A stretch of 64,000 bases of DNA from Desulfovibrio sp. Its GTDB lineage: Bacteria; Desulfobacterota; Desulfovibrionia; Desulfovibrionales; Desulfovibrionaceae. The stretch lies in the NCBI GenBank assembly GCA_031269345.1, contig JAISZH010000031.1, positions 370 through 64,369 of the forward strand, in the 5' to 3' direction. Below the pieces are notes generated by a model that worked only from the letters and a program-made list of their open reading frames with translations, was not told the DNA's origin and did not search any database. The stretch's first letter is position 1. The number at the start of each line of letters is the position of its first letter. The translations under genes were made by a program, and so were the position numbers. Of the stretch, positions 27,155-36,603 are shown piece by piece.

Positions 27155-28213
27155 TCAGCGGCAAATGTCCAGCATCCGCTCCAGGGCTTCCCTTGCGGGC
27201 GCTTTTTGCTCCATGCCTATGCTGACCTGATAAGGCGAAACATCTCCGGTTTGCTCGGCCTCGGCCAGGGATTCAAGAGCGGAACAAAGGCTTTCTTCCG
27301 TAGTCTGGGCCATGTGCGTGCAGGCGCTTTCCACCAGCGGCAGGATCGTGAGACGTCCGGCATGCTCGGCGGCCAGACGTTCCACGAGATTTATCTCCGT
27401 GCCTATGGCCAGTGTCGACCCGGCCGGCGCATCTCCGACATAGCGGATGATAAAGGAGGTGGACCCGGCCGCATCCGCCGCTCTCACCACCTCTGGAAAG
27501 CATTCCGGATGCACGACGACTTTTACTCCGGGATGTTCCGAGCGCACACGCTGGATCTGACGCGTGTGAAAACGCGTATGGATGGAGCAGAACCCAGGCC
27601 AGAGCAAAAGCCGCGCCTTGTCCGCCGCCTCAACATCAAGTTCCTCCGCTTCCCTGCGCAGGCGCACCTCATGCCGATCCTCAAGCGGGATGCCGAGAAG
27701 ATCGCCGGTATTGTGTCCCAAATTCTTGTCGGGCAGAAAAAGCACCGCATCCGCCTTGTCCAGAGCCCATTCCAGCATGATGCGGGCGTTGGCCGAGGTG
27801 CATACGGCGCCGCCCATGGCGCCGACCGTCGCCTTAACCTCCAGGGTTGAATTCACGTACGCCAGGGGGATGACCTTGCGCCCTTCACGGGTGAGCAGTT
27901 CCATGACCCGGCGCACAAGCCTGGATGGAGACATGAGGGCCATGCTGCATTCAGCGGAGGGCTCGGGAAGAAATACCCGCACGTCCGGCCCGGCAAGAAG
28001 CGCGGCGGACTCCGCCATAAAATATACGCCGCAAAATACGATATAGCGGGAATCCGCCACCGCGCACCTGCGGGCCAGCTCCAGAGAATCACCGCGCAGA
28101 TCACAGTGGGCGATCACCTCATCGGCCTGATAATGGTGCCCCACAATCTTGAGGTCAGCGTCGAAGCGTTCGCGCAGCCTTTCTATCGTTTCGTACTGTT
28201 CTGAATTTGGCAT
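27155..28213 (-). CDS. nadA: Quinolinate synthase
   Basis: NadA family layout (HHYQ..EV, VYFMAES, HPEC.PEV..ADAAGSTS) immediately upstream of nadB. Confidence 0.92.
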   Translation of the reverse strand: MPNSEQYETIERLRERFDADLKIVGHHYQADEVIAHCDLRGDSLELARRCAVADSRYIVFCGVYFMAESAALLAGPDVRVFLPEPSAECSMALMSPSRLVRRVMELLTREGRKVIPLAYVNSTLEVKATVGAMGGAVCTSANARIMLEWALDKADAVLFLPDKNLGHNTGDLLGIPLEDRHEVRLRREAEELDVEAADKARLLLWPGFCSIHTRFHTRQIQRVRSEHPGVKVVVHPECFPEVVRAADAAGSTSFIIRYVGDAPAGSTLAIGTEINLVERLAAEHAGRLTILPLVESACTHMAQTTEESLCSALESLAEAEQTGDVSPYQVSIGMEQKAPAREALERMLDICR

Positions 28214-28328
28214 AATCCGGCATTATGGAACGCGATGCAAGCGCGTCCACAGGTACAGGTGAAGAACATTTCGCACTTGAAAGCGCCTCTCAAGCTGTCC
28301 GTTCCAGACTGAACGCAATATCACTCAT

Positions 28329-28495
28329 TCGGATTCCAAATAAAATATGCCATTTTACAGATTCCCGCATGGAAATCTGAACAGCCGCCCGGCGGCCGCT
28401 GTCGCCGCGAAGCGGCGCAACTCAGCCGAAAACCGCGTTTTCGGCTGACGATCCTCAGCATTGAAAATTTTATTTTTCAATGCGGATATCAATAG
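28329..28495 (+). repeat. Repeat family D, copy D1 (~165 bp, several hairpins)
   Basis: Aligns by eye with 49937-50100. Shared blocks include GGAAATCTGAAC, CGCGAAGCGGCGCAA, GCCGAAAA(C/T)CGCGTTTTCGGC and TTTCAAT(G/A)CGGATATCA. Confidence 0.85.
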
Positions 28496-28582
28496 TTTGG
28501 TAAGCCGCAGGCAGGCAAAGCCCGCCTGCTCCTTGAAAACCCCACGGTTTTGGCGCCTGCAAGGGCAGGCGCAATTCCAATT

Positions 28583-28611
28583 CCGGATAAAATTGGAGCG
28601 ATTTTATCCGG
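28583..28611. repeat. 11-bp perfect hairpin CCGGATAAAAT-tggagcg-ATTTTATCCGG overlapping the nadC stop codon
   Basis: Read directly. It belongs to a chain of hairpins at 28496-28611, for example GCGCCTGC-aagg-GCAGGCGC. Confidence 0.8.
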
Positions 28612-29509
28612 AATGCGCATCAGACCGGCCAATGCTCATGCTGAAATCCGCCACAGGGGCCGAATGGGTAATGCGGCCCACCGAGATGAAGTCGGCTTTG
28701 CGCCTGTCGCCCAAGGCAGCCAATGCTCTGATGTTTTCCAGGCGGACTTGGCCGCTTATTTCAACTTCTATTGATTTTGGCACTAAATTCAAGGTATTAT
28801 GTATAAGATCCGGAGTCATGTTGTCAAGCATTATTCGCGAGACCCCGCAAGCCGAGGCTTCTGCCGCTTCTTCCGGAGTCCCGCACTCCACTTCTATGGG
28901 CAGCCCGGAAGGACAGGCGGCGCGCAAGCGGCTTACCGCCGCCGTGATGCTCCCCAGCGCCTGGATGTGGTTGTCCTTGAGCAGAAGCATTTCCGCTAGA
29001 TTTTTGCGATGATTCGTCCCTCCGCCCACCAGGACAGCGTATTTGTCCGGATAACGCAGACCCGGTGCGGTCTTGCGCGTATCCAGCAAGCGCACGCCAC
29101 TGCCTTCAAGCTCACTGACGTATTTCCGCGTGAGGTTGGCTATCCCGGACAAGCGGCAGATAAAATTCAAGATCACGCGTTCCGCCCGCATCAGCAGGCA
29201 GGCGCCGCCCGTGACAGCGGCCACACAAGTGCCCGCCCGCACCGTTTCGCCTTCCTCGGCGTATTTTGCGATCCGCCGTTCTCCAGGTTCAAGGGCGGAC
29301 GTCTGCTCAAGGATCATATCTATCAGGGGCAGCCCGGCCAGCAAGGTATCTTCTTTGGCTCTTATTTCCGCTGTGAGCGTGTCTTGCGCGGAAAACACCC
29401 CCCGACTCGTCAGATCCGGACCATCCTCAAGCAAGGCCGCGCGGATCGCCCGTTCAAGGTGAACCAGAGCCTCGCCTTCAAAGAAATTGTCAAAAGAAAT
29501 TTGCGGCAT
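28604..29509 (-). CDS. nadC: Nicotinate-nucleotide pyrophosphorylase (carboxylating)
   Basis: QPRTase motifs (LLDTRKTAPGLR, KYAVLVGGGTNHR, LLKDNH, IEVE..MLDNM). Start placed at the ATG at 29509. Confidence 0.9.
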   Translation of the reverse strand: MPQISFDNFFEGEALVHLERAIRAALLEDGPDLTSRGVFSAQDTLTAEIRAKEDTLLAGLPLIDMILEQTSALEPGERRIAKYAEEGETVRAGTCVAAVTGGACLLMRAERVILNFICRLSGIANLTRKYVSELEGSGVRLLDTRKTAPGLRYPDKYAVLVGGGTNHRKNLAEMLLLKDNHIQALGSITAAVSRLRAACPSGLPIEVECGTPEEAAEASACGVSRIMLDNMTPDLIHNTLNLVPKSIEVEISGQVRLENIRALAALGDRRKADFISVGRITHSAPVADFSMSIGRSDAHSG

Positions 29510-29571
29510 GGATTGTGCCCGGGCACCGTAAATGATAGTGGTATCCAAGTAATAGCGATTTATTCTGCTCT

Positions 29572-31005
29572 ATGGAGCCTGTTTCGTCAACCCTTGCTTT
29601 TCCTGTTTCCCCCGGACCGCTGCGCATGGACGAAAAAACTCCCGTTTCGTCTTTCCCGCCTGAAGACCCTGCCGCAAAGGGAATAAAATCAGGACTGGAA
29701 AACGACCCCATCCCGGCCGCTCTTCCAGGCCAGCCTGCGCCGGATTCGCACCATCCTGCGGACGTGGCGGAGCGGCTTGAGCTTCTGAGCCTGAAAGAGC
29801 AAGTCGATTTGGTCACGGCCCTGCCTCTGGATCAGGCCGCCGAAGCCGTTGCCGAACTCGACGAGCACACCAGGGTTGAGCTGCTTGAAAGCTTGGACCC
29901 CGATACCGCCGCAGGCATAGTGGGCGAGATGTCGCCCGACGATGCGGCCGATGTTCTGGACGAACTGGACGAAGACCACAGCGACGCGCTTTTAAGTAAA
30001 CTGCACCTGGAAGACGCCGAAGAAATCCGCAACCTCATGGCCTTTGACCCGGAAACCGCGGGCGGGGTTATGAATACGGAAATAATCATCCTCTCCCAGG
30101 ACCTGAGCGCGGACGAGGCCATACGCCAGATCCGCTCCGGAATCGAAGACAAGGAAATCCCTTACTATGCTTATGTGGTGGACCAGAACGAAGTGCTTGT
30201 CGGCGTGCTCTCGCTTCGTGACATTATGCTCTGCCCGCCCCGTACGCCCCTGAAGGACGCTCTCAAAAACCACGAACTGATAAGCGTTGTCTTCGACACG
30301 GACAAGGAGGAGGTGGCGCGTGTAATCGGACGCTACAATTTCATGGCTCTGCCTGTGGTAGACCATGAAGGCCGTCTTTTGGGCGTCGTATCCCACGACG
30401 ACGTCATCGACATCATCCAGGAACTGGCCAGCGAGGATATGCTGGGCATGGTCGGGGCCGGCCCTGGCGAAACTACGGACACTCCCTGGTTTGATTCCGT
30501 AAAGATGCGTCTGCCCTGGCTTTTGGTCAACATGCTGAATTCAGCCCTGGCCGCCGCTGTGGTCAATCTGTTCGACGGCAGCATCGCCCAGATGGCGATT
30601 CTCGCGGTATTCATGCCCATGGTGGCCAATCAGGCCGGCAATACCGGGCAACAGGCCCTGGCGGTCATGATCCGTCAACTGGCCATGGAAAAATTTTCCC
30701 GGCGCAAAGCCTGGTGGGCCGTCGTGCGCGAAGGGAAAATCGGACTGGCCAACGGGATTATCCTTGGCCTGCTGGTGTGGACGGCGGTATTCCTTTTTAC
30801 CGGGAAAGCAGACCTGGCTCTGGTCATGGTGACGGCCCTGCTGACGGACATGGTGCTCGGAGCCTTCGCCGGGGCTTCAATTCCGCTCCTGCTCAAAGAA
30901 ATGGGCAGGGACCCCGCGCAGGCCTCAAGCATTTTCCTCACCGCCATCACCGACGGGGCCGGGTTCTTCCTTTTTCTCGGTCTTGCCACCCTGGTGCTGT
31001 TGTAG
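29572..31005 (+). CDS. mgtE: Magnesium transporter MgtE
   Basis: MgtE N-domain, tandem CBS pair (VMNTEIIILS.., VVDHEGRLLGVVSHDDVIDI) and a C-terminal MgtE membrane domain. The start is uncertain (29572 or 29626). Confidence 0.9.
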   Translation: MEPVSSTLAFPVSPGPLRMDEKTPVSSFPPEDPAAKGIKSGLENDPIPAALPGQPAPDSHHPADVAERLELLSLKEQVDLVTALPLDQAAEAVAELDEHTRVELLESLDPDTAAGIVGEMSPDDAADVLDELDEDHSDALLSKLHLEDAEEIRNLMAFDPETAGGVMNTEIIILSQDLSADEAIRQIRSGIEDKEIPYYAYVVDQNEVLVGVLSLRDIMLCPPRTPLKDALKNHELISVVFDTDKEEVARVIGRYNFMALPVVDHEGRLLGVVSHDDVIDIIQELASEDMLGMVGAGPGETTDTPWFDSVKMRLPWLLVNMLNSALAAAVVNLFDGSIAQMAILAVFMPMVANQAGNTGQQALAVMIRQLAMEKFSRRKAWWAVVREGKIGLANGIILGLLVWTAVFLFTGKADLALVMVTALLTDMVLGAFAGASIPLLLKEMGRDPAQASSIFLTAITDGAGFFLFLGLATLVLL

Positions 31006-31011
31006 TACGCC

Positions 31012-32103
31012 TCAATAACGCGCGACCCTGCTCAGCCAGCCATCCGGCGCCGGCGCCTTGCCTGTCTGGATCGCTGTATACATCTCATAAAGCTTTCTGG
31101 AGTGTTCGCCGATTCCACCATTGCCAACGACCAGTTCCGTGCCGTCCTCAAAAATATAGCCGCCGACCGGGCTGACCACACAGGCCGTACCGAAGCCTCC
31201 GGCCTCGATAATCTCACGGGATTGCACGTCCGCTATGAACTTGTCCAGATAGACGACTTCCTGCCTGGCTTTGATCTTCCCGGTTGCCGCCAGTTCCAGC
31301 ACGGAAACGGAGGTGATGGAACGCAGGATGGAATCCCCGAATTCCGGGATGACAAAAGTTCCGTCCTTGAGCACATGATAGTGATTCATGGTGCCCACTT
31401 CCTCAATACTGGTATTGTCCGCGCTGAGATAAAGCACCTGTTCCACACCCAGGCTCTGCGCGTAGCTGTGCGGCCTCAGGGAGGAAGCGTAGTTTCCGGC
31501 CGCCTTGGCCGTTCCCGTTCCCCCGGATACCGCCCGGTGAAACTTCTTGCTGATCAGAAGCCGCACCACATTGTTGAACCCACCTTTGTAATAGGCGCCG
31601 CTCGGCGAAAGCATGATGCAGTATAAAAGCGTCTTGCTGGGTTTTACGCCCAGCTCGTCCTGGGTGGCGAACATAAAGGGGCGGATGTAGAGGGAAGACT
31701 CGGGTTCCGAGGGACACCAATCCCTCTCCACGTCAACCAGCCGGTGCATGGCCTCCAGTTGAACCTCCACCGGGATGGACGGCATGCACAGCACCTCGGC
31801 GGAATGATTCTGACGCGCGGCGTTCTGATCCGGACGAAAGATGTATATTTCTCCATCCGCGTGTTTGAAGGCCTTTATACCCTCAAAAAGACACTGCCCA
31901 TAGTGAAAACACATGGCCCCCGGCATAAGCGTAATGGGGCCGTAGGGCACTATGCGCGGATTGAACCATTCGCCGTCCGCGTAATCCATCACGAACATAT
32001 GATTGGTGCGCAGTATCCCGAAAGGCAGGTCCGTCCCCTCCGGCGGAGGGTTTTTGCGCTCGTTTCCCGGCAGCAGTTTATATTCAATGCGCATGGAGGA
32101 CAC
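31012..32103 (-). CDS. ilvE: Branched-chain amino acid aminotransferase (class IV)
   Basis: Long-form BCAT features (FHYGQCLFEGIKAF, YIRPFMF, AKAAGNYASSL, GTACVVSPV). Confidence 0.9.
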   Translation of the reverse strand: MSSMRIEYKLLPGNERKNPPPEGTDLPFGILRTNHMFVMDYADGEWFNPRIVPYGPITLMPGAMCFHYGQCLFEGIKAFKHADGEIYIFRPDQNAARQNHSAEVLCMPSIPVEVQLEAMHRLVDVERDWCPSEPESSLYIRPFMFATQDELGVKPSKTLLYCIMLSPSGAYYKGGFNNVVRLLISKKFHRAVSGGTGTAKAAGNYASSLRPHSYAQSLGVEQVLYLSADNTSIEEVGTMNHYHVLKDGTFVIPEFGDSILRSITSVSVLELAATGKIKARQEVVYLDKFIADVQSREIIEAGGFGTACVVSPVGGYIFEDGTELVVGNGGIGEHSRKLYEMYTAIQTGKAPAPDGWLSRVARY

Positions 32104-32625
32104 CTAAACCCGGATATTGAGGATTGAACCCGTCATTTCGTCCCAGGCGCGAATCATGGCTGCATTGGCGCTGTACGCGTTTTCCGTAGCAATCATCCGC
32201 GTGAACTCCCGCGCCAAATCCGTATTGGATCCCTCCACAATGCCATGTATCTGGTCCCGCGCCACCTGTCCATCCCGGTAGTCTTCCACCGCCCAGGCGT
32301 CATTGGTGTTGCCCTGCTGGATACGGTCCAGGTCCTGGGCAACGGCCGTGTCGTAATTTTCCTGGGTATTGCGCATGCCTCTGGCCGCCACGTCATTGGC
32401 GACGCGCACATCGTTCTCCGCCAGATGGTTGATCACGGCCGGGCCGGGACTCATGTCCCTGAAGGTGCCCCCTATACGCACACCCTCATCCATCGGCCCG
32501 GTTTCCAGGGCCACATAGCGGGCCTTGAAGCCGTCCGTATTCACATTGGCTATATTGTTGGCCGTGGTCTGCATGACCACATCCAAAGAGGTCAGGGCGG
32601 AAAGAGGCGGAGAATAATTCGGCAT
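32104..32625 (-). CDS. Small flagellar basal-body rod-family protein (orphan, FlgB/C/G-like termini)
   Basis: N-terminal rod motif TTANNIANVNTDGFKA and a C-terminal rod/hook motif SNTDLAREFTRMIATENAYSANAAMIRAWDEM. AAGGAG RBS at the 32625 start. Its stop abuts the ilvE start. Confidence 0.75.
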   Translation of the reverse strand: MPNYSPPLSALTSLDVVMQTTANNIANVNTDGFKARYVALETGPMDEGVRIGGTFRDMSPGPAVINHLAENDVRVANDVAARGMRNTQENYDTAVAQDLDRIQQGNTNDAWAVEDYRDGQVARDQIHGIVEGSNTDLAREFTRMIATENAYSANAAMIRAWDEMTGSILNIRV

Positions 32626-32722
32626 GACCGGTCTCCTTTGAATGCACGTGCCCAAAAATTTACAACGCTTCACGCAACCTTGCGACGAAAACGCGCCAGA
32701 TCATACTTGGGTCCTTGATACT

Positions 32723-34741
32723 TCAATCCCCATACACGGATTGAGCCGCCGCCTCAAGCTGTCCGGGCGTGACCATGTCCCGCAGCACCACGGGCCGTCT
32801 GGCGCCCTCTCCCTTGGGGAACAAGGCCAATACAGGGATGCTCGCGCTTTGCAACGCATGCAGCAAATCCCTGCCCGTATCCGCATCGCGGGTGAGATCC
32901 ACCTTTATTGTACGCACCTTGTAGCGATTACGCAAGTCTTCCATGCGACTTTTACGTAAAGTGGTATATTCCATGGCCTTGCAGCTCGGACACCAATCCG
33001 CTGTAAAATCCAGCAGCAGTGGTTCCTTGCCTAGGACGGAAAAAAAAAGCTCCGGCTCAAAGCGTTCCCAGTTCTGATCCCGGCCGCTCGAACCAAAAGC
33101 GAAAAAAACCGCCAGGGCCAGCACACTCAAGGCGCAGACGCGCGCTGCGACTCTTCTCGCCCGGTCCGCCCCCGGATGTCCAATCTGGCCCCAGAGCCAG
33201 GCCGCCAGGGCCAAGGCGAACAGGCAGACCAAAAAAGCGGGACCCCAGTCCTCCGGCAGCAGGCTTCCGAGATAAACCACGCTGCCCATAAGGAAAAAAC
33301 CGGTCAACTGTTCAAGACGCAAGGTCCAGGCCCCAGGACGGGGGAAAAGATGCGCAAGGCGCGGATGCGCGGCTATGAGCAGATAAGGCGAAGCCATGCC
33401 CAGGCCCACGCTCGCTACGGAAAGCAGCAGCGACGGCAAAGGCTGGCGCACGGCAAAGGCCAGCACTCCCCCCAGCAGTGGGCCGCTGCATGGCGTGGCC
33501 AGCAAGGTGGCCAAAAGCCCACCGGTAAAAGATCGCCAATGGGTATGGCTCCCGCTCCTCACCCGCAGATCAAAAACCGGCAGATGAAAAACCCCGAACA
33601 GGCTCAAGCCCAGGACGAAAAGCGTCAGGGCGAGGATAGCGATGACCAGGGGCTGTTGAAATATCTCTCCCCAGGCCCATCCGGCAACCCCCAGAAGCAG
33701 GGCCAGAACCCCGAACCAAGCCATGATGCCGGCGGCGAAAAAGAGGCAGTCAACTCGAAAGGCCCTTGCCTGCGCTTTTCTGTCCGTCATTGAAAAAATC
33801 GCAAGCAAGGCGCCAAATTTCAAACTGACCACCGGAAGCACACAGGGCATGAGGTTGAGCATCATCCCGGCCAGGAGCCCGAAAAGCAACGCCTCTCCCA
33901 AAAAACCTATTTCCTGCTCCGGATGAAAAAAAACCGGCTCCAGACCGGAAAAGACAGGGGCATCCCGCCTTACTCCAATATCTGGCGATGCGGCCGTTAA
34001 ACCTGAAATATCGCTCCCGCCGGAAAAGAACGCCTCGGGAGCCGGGCGATCTTTTTGTGAGGCGTCTCTCTCTCTGATTCCGGTCAGGACAAGAACGTCC
34101 ACGCCCCGCTTGTAGTCAGCCCACCAGCCCTGCGCCGCGGCCACGGGCAAAGCCTCAGCGTCCTTTGCGGAAAAAAGCAGGGAGAGGGAATCGGAAACGG
34201 GCATACAGTTTCGCTCCGAGCACAAAAGTCCGGAAAACTCCGCCCTGACAGCCACGCCGGCAAGCCCGGCCGGGGCTGGGAACTCCGTCCAGAACGTGAC
34301 CGGACCCGGATAAAGAGGCGGATTTGTCGCGGAAAGACCCGGTAGCGCCACAGAAGCGAAGGGGGTGTCTTTTTTGGGTGTGGCGGCCGGGGCGCGCATC
34401 GGCAAAGGCAAAGCATCCCTGTCCATTCCGACGAAGGCAGAAGCCTCTTCCATGGGCATGGCCCCAAGATGCCTGAAGCGCGCCTTGACTGAAGTGGGAA
34501 TACCTTCGACGCTCTCCGGGCCATAGAGATAGCTTCCCTTCGGAACGCCGATGGTCAGGGCCAGCAGAACCTTTGGTCCTGCCTCGGCAAAGGCGCGGGG
34601 ATCGGGTGGCGAGGATTGCGAAGTCCCGTCCGGGGAAACGGAGTAAGCGCTCCAGGCTATCTTGCAGTCCGCATAGGATTGCGCACCGACAGCGCTCACG
34701 CCGGCAAAGACAAGCAAGAGAGCTGACAGGATAAGGCGCAT
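32723..34741 (-). CDS. DsbD-family thiol:disulfide interchange protein (CcdA-type membrane core plus C-terminal thioredoxin domain)
   Basis: Signal peptide, periplasmic N-domain, multi-pass core with conserved LMPCVLPV and ATPCSGP motifs, and a C-terminal LLDFTADWCPSCK thioredoxin motif. Confidence 0.85.
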   Translation of the reverse strand: MRLILSALLLVFAGVSAVGAQSYADCKIAWSAYSVSPDGTSQSSPPDPRAFAEAGPKVLLALTIGVPKGSYLYGPESVEGIPTSVKARFRHLGAMPMEEASAFVGMDRDALPLPMRAPAATPKKDTPFASVALPGLSATNPPLYPGPVTFWTEFPAPAGLAGVAVRAEFSGLLCSERNCMPVSDSLSLLFSAKDAEALPVAAAQGWWADYKRGVDVLVLTGIRERDASQKDRPAPEAFFSGGSDISGLTAASPDIGVRRDAPVFSGLEPVFFHPEQEIGFLGEALLFGLLAGMMLNLMPCVLPVVSLKFGALLAIFSMTDRKAQARAFRVDCLFFAAGIMAWFGVLALLLGVAGWAWGEIFQQPLVIAILALTLFVLGLSLFGVFHLPVFDLRVRSGSHTHWRSFTGGLLATLLATPCSGPLLGGVLAFAVRQPLPSLLLSVASVGLGMASPYLLIAAHPRLAHLFPRPGAWTLRLEQLTGFFLMGSVVYLGSLLPEDWGPAFLVCLFALALAAWLWGQIGHPGADRARRVAARVCALSVLALAVFFAFGSSGRDQNWERFEPELFFSVLGKEPLLLDFTADWCPSCKAMEYTTLRKSRMEDLRNRYKVRTIKVDLTRDADTGRDLLHALQSASIPVLALFPKGEGARRPVVLRDMVTPGQLEAAAQSVYGD

Positions 34742-34748
34742 GGGATTT

Positions 34749-36365
34749 CTATGCTTTTACGTCAATGCGCGGGAAAAGGTTAGAGGTTCCGGCCAGACCG
34801 GTTCCGGCTTCCAAGGTTCCAAAACTTTCCGCCTCTACGGGCAAAATGCCTCTGATTCCGGAAAAATCCACTCCTTCCAAGACCGGGCAGGCGCAGCCGA
34901 GCTGGGCCAGCATGCGCGCAGACGCGTCCGGCATAACCGGCCACAGGTGCAGGGCCGTTTTGCGCATGCACTCCAGAAGCGTATAGAGCACCGTCCCCAA
35001 AGTTTCGCTGTCCCCCGTCCGCGCCAGCGCCCAGGGGGCCGCCTTGTCCACATATCTGTTCAGGGCGCGCACCAGGTCCCAGAGTCTTTCCAGGGCAAAG
35101 GAAAACTGAGCCTGGCCGAACAAATTCTGAAAATCAGCAAGACTGTCCAAGGCCAAAATTTTTATCTCCCTTTCCCTGTCCTTATCTGGTCCGGGGACCG
35201 GAACTCTGCCCGCGCAGAACTTTTCCGCCATGACCAGCACGCGTGAAAAAAGATTGCCCAGATCATTGGCCAAGTCCGCGTTAAAGCGCGAAATGAGCGC
35301 TTCCTCGGAAAAATCGGCGTCAGACCCGAACTGCATTTCCCGCAGCAGAAAATAGCGAAATCCGTCCAGACCGTAGAGCACAGCCGTATCCAGAGGGGAA
35401 ACAACATTGCCTATAGTTTTTGACATCTTGACAGCCGTATCCAGAGGGGAAACATCATTGCCTATAGTTTTTGACGTCTTGGCGGCCCGTGACAACCAGT
35501 AGCCGTGTACGTTCAGATGCCGGTAGAGAGGAAGGCCGGCGGCCATGAGCATTGTCGGCCAGAAAACCGCATGCGGCTTCAGGATGTCTTTGGCCACAAG
35601 ATGTTCCGCATGAGGCCAGAACTTGTTGAAAGCGGAGCTTCCCGGCCCGCCCAATGCGGTCACATAGGCAAGCAGGGCATCAAACCAGACATAGCAGACG
35701 TAATTGCTGTCAAAGGGAAGCTCTATCCCCCAACTCAGACGCGCCTTCGGACGCGAAATGCACAGATCGTCCAAAACTTCGCCATCCAAAAGAGCAAGGG
35801 CTTCGGCGCGATAACGCGCCGGACGGATAAAATCAGGGTTGTCGCGGATATGCTTTTTCAACCGTTCCTGGTAAGCGGACATGCGGAAAAAATAATTCTT
35901 TTCGCTTATGTATTCCGCCGGGGTCAGATGCTGCGGACATACCCCGTTCTCAAGCTCCTTTTCCGTGTAGAAACGCTCACAGCCGTAGCAGTAGTAGCCC
36001 CCGTACCCGCCGAAATATATGTCCCCGGCGTCATATATCTTTTGCAGAAAAGCACGCACCACTGCCTTGTGTTCTTCACTCGTGGTACGCACAAAATGCG
36101 CTGGATACACCTGAAGTTCCGGCCAGAGCGCCCTGAATTCCCCACTTACCCTGTCCGTCAACTCCCATACCGGACAACCGGCCTGTTCCGCTGCTTTTAC
36201 TATCTTGTCTCCATGCTCATCCGTTCCGGTGATGAACATAGCCTCGCGGCCCATAAGCGCGGCGAAGCGGGTCATGGCGTCTGCGACGATCGTCGTGTAG
36301 GCGTGGCCGAGGTGAGGCTTGGCGTTTACATAATAGATCGGGGTCGTCAGGTAATAGGGCGTCAT
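34749..36365 (-). CDS. metG: Methionine--tRNA ligase (short form) carrying a 17-aa tandem duplication of the KMSKS loop
   Basis: HIGH region (YYVNAKPHLGHAYT), a Zn knuckle region (CYGCERFY..CPQH), and KTSKTIGNDVSPLDTAV followed directly by KMSKTIGNVVSPLDTAV. Confidence 0.95.
   Translation of the reverse strand: MTPYYLTTPIYYVNAKPHLGHAYTTIVADAMTRFAALMGREAMFITGTDEHGDKIVKAAEQAGCPVWELTDRVSGEFRALWPELQVYPAHFVRTTSEEHKAVVRAFLQKIYDAGDIYFGGYGGYYCYGCERFYTEKELENGVCPQHLTPAEYISEKNYFFRMSAYQERLKKHIRDNPDFIRPARYRAEALALLDGEVLDDLCISRPKARLSWGIELPFDSNYVCYVWFDALLAYVTALGGPGSSAFNKFWPHAEHLVAKDILKPHAVFWPTMLMAAGLPLYRHLNVHGYWLSRAAKTSKTIGNDVSPLDTAVKMSKTIGNVVSPLDTAVLYGLDGFRYFLLREMQFGSDADFSEEALISRFNADLANDLGNLFSRVLVMAEKFCAGRVPVPGPDKDREREIKILALDSLADFQNLFGQAQFSFALERLWDLVRALNRYVDKAAPWALARTGDSETLGTVLYTLLECMRKTALHLWPVMPDASARMLAQLGCACPVLEGVDFSGIRGILPVEAESFGTLEAGTGLAGTSNLFPRIDVKA
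35382..35483. repeat. Tandem 51-bp duplication (48/51 identical) inside metG
   Basis: Copies at 35382-35432 and 35433-35483 were read and compared base by base. They differ at 3 positions and are in frame. Confidence 0.95.
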
Positions 36366-36414
36366 CGGTGTTCCGGCGTAAAGATGTTTTCAGGGGAAAA
36401 ACAACAAACAATTA

Positions 36415-36454
36415 GTCGCTGTAAATATTTAAAAATGCGTATCGAACAGCGTAC
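36415..36454 (+). repeat. Repeat family C, copy C3
   Basis: GTCGCTGTAAATATTTAAAAATGCGTATCGAACAGCGTAC matches C2 (15603-15642). Confidence 0.85.
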
Positions 36455-36458
36455 CAGA

Positions 36459-36603
36459 GCATTTTATCTTTGAGGTGACGCACCCGGCCCTCTCAGCCTA
36501 CGTCCGCTCCGGCATTTAACAGCGCAAATAAGTTGCGCTTACGCTTTCGCGGCGGGCGTCCGCTCTCGCGGCAGCCAGAGCAGTTTCAAAGTGAAATTGC
36601 TCT
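36459..36603 (+). repeat. Repeat family A, copy A1 (~145 bp)
   Basis: Aligns by eye with 40081-40226 and 43131-43266. Shared blocks are TTTGAG..CCCTCTC..CGC(T/C)TC(C)GGCGTTTAACAGCGCAAA..TTGCGCTTACGCC..GGCGTCCGCTCT.GCGG..CAATTTCAAAGTGAAA. It contains the stop codon of the PSP1-like gene. Confidence 0.88.
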
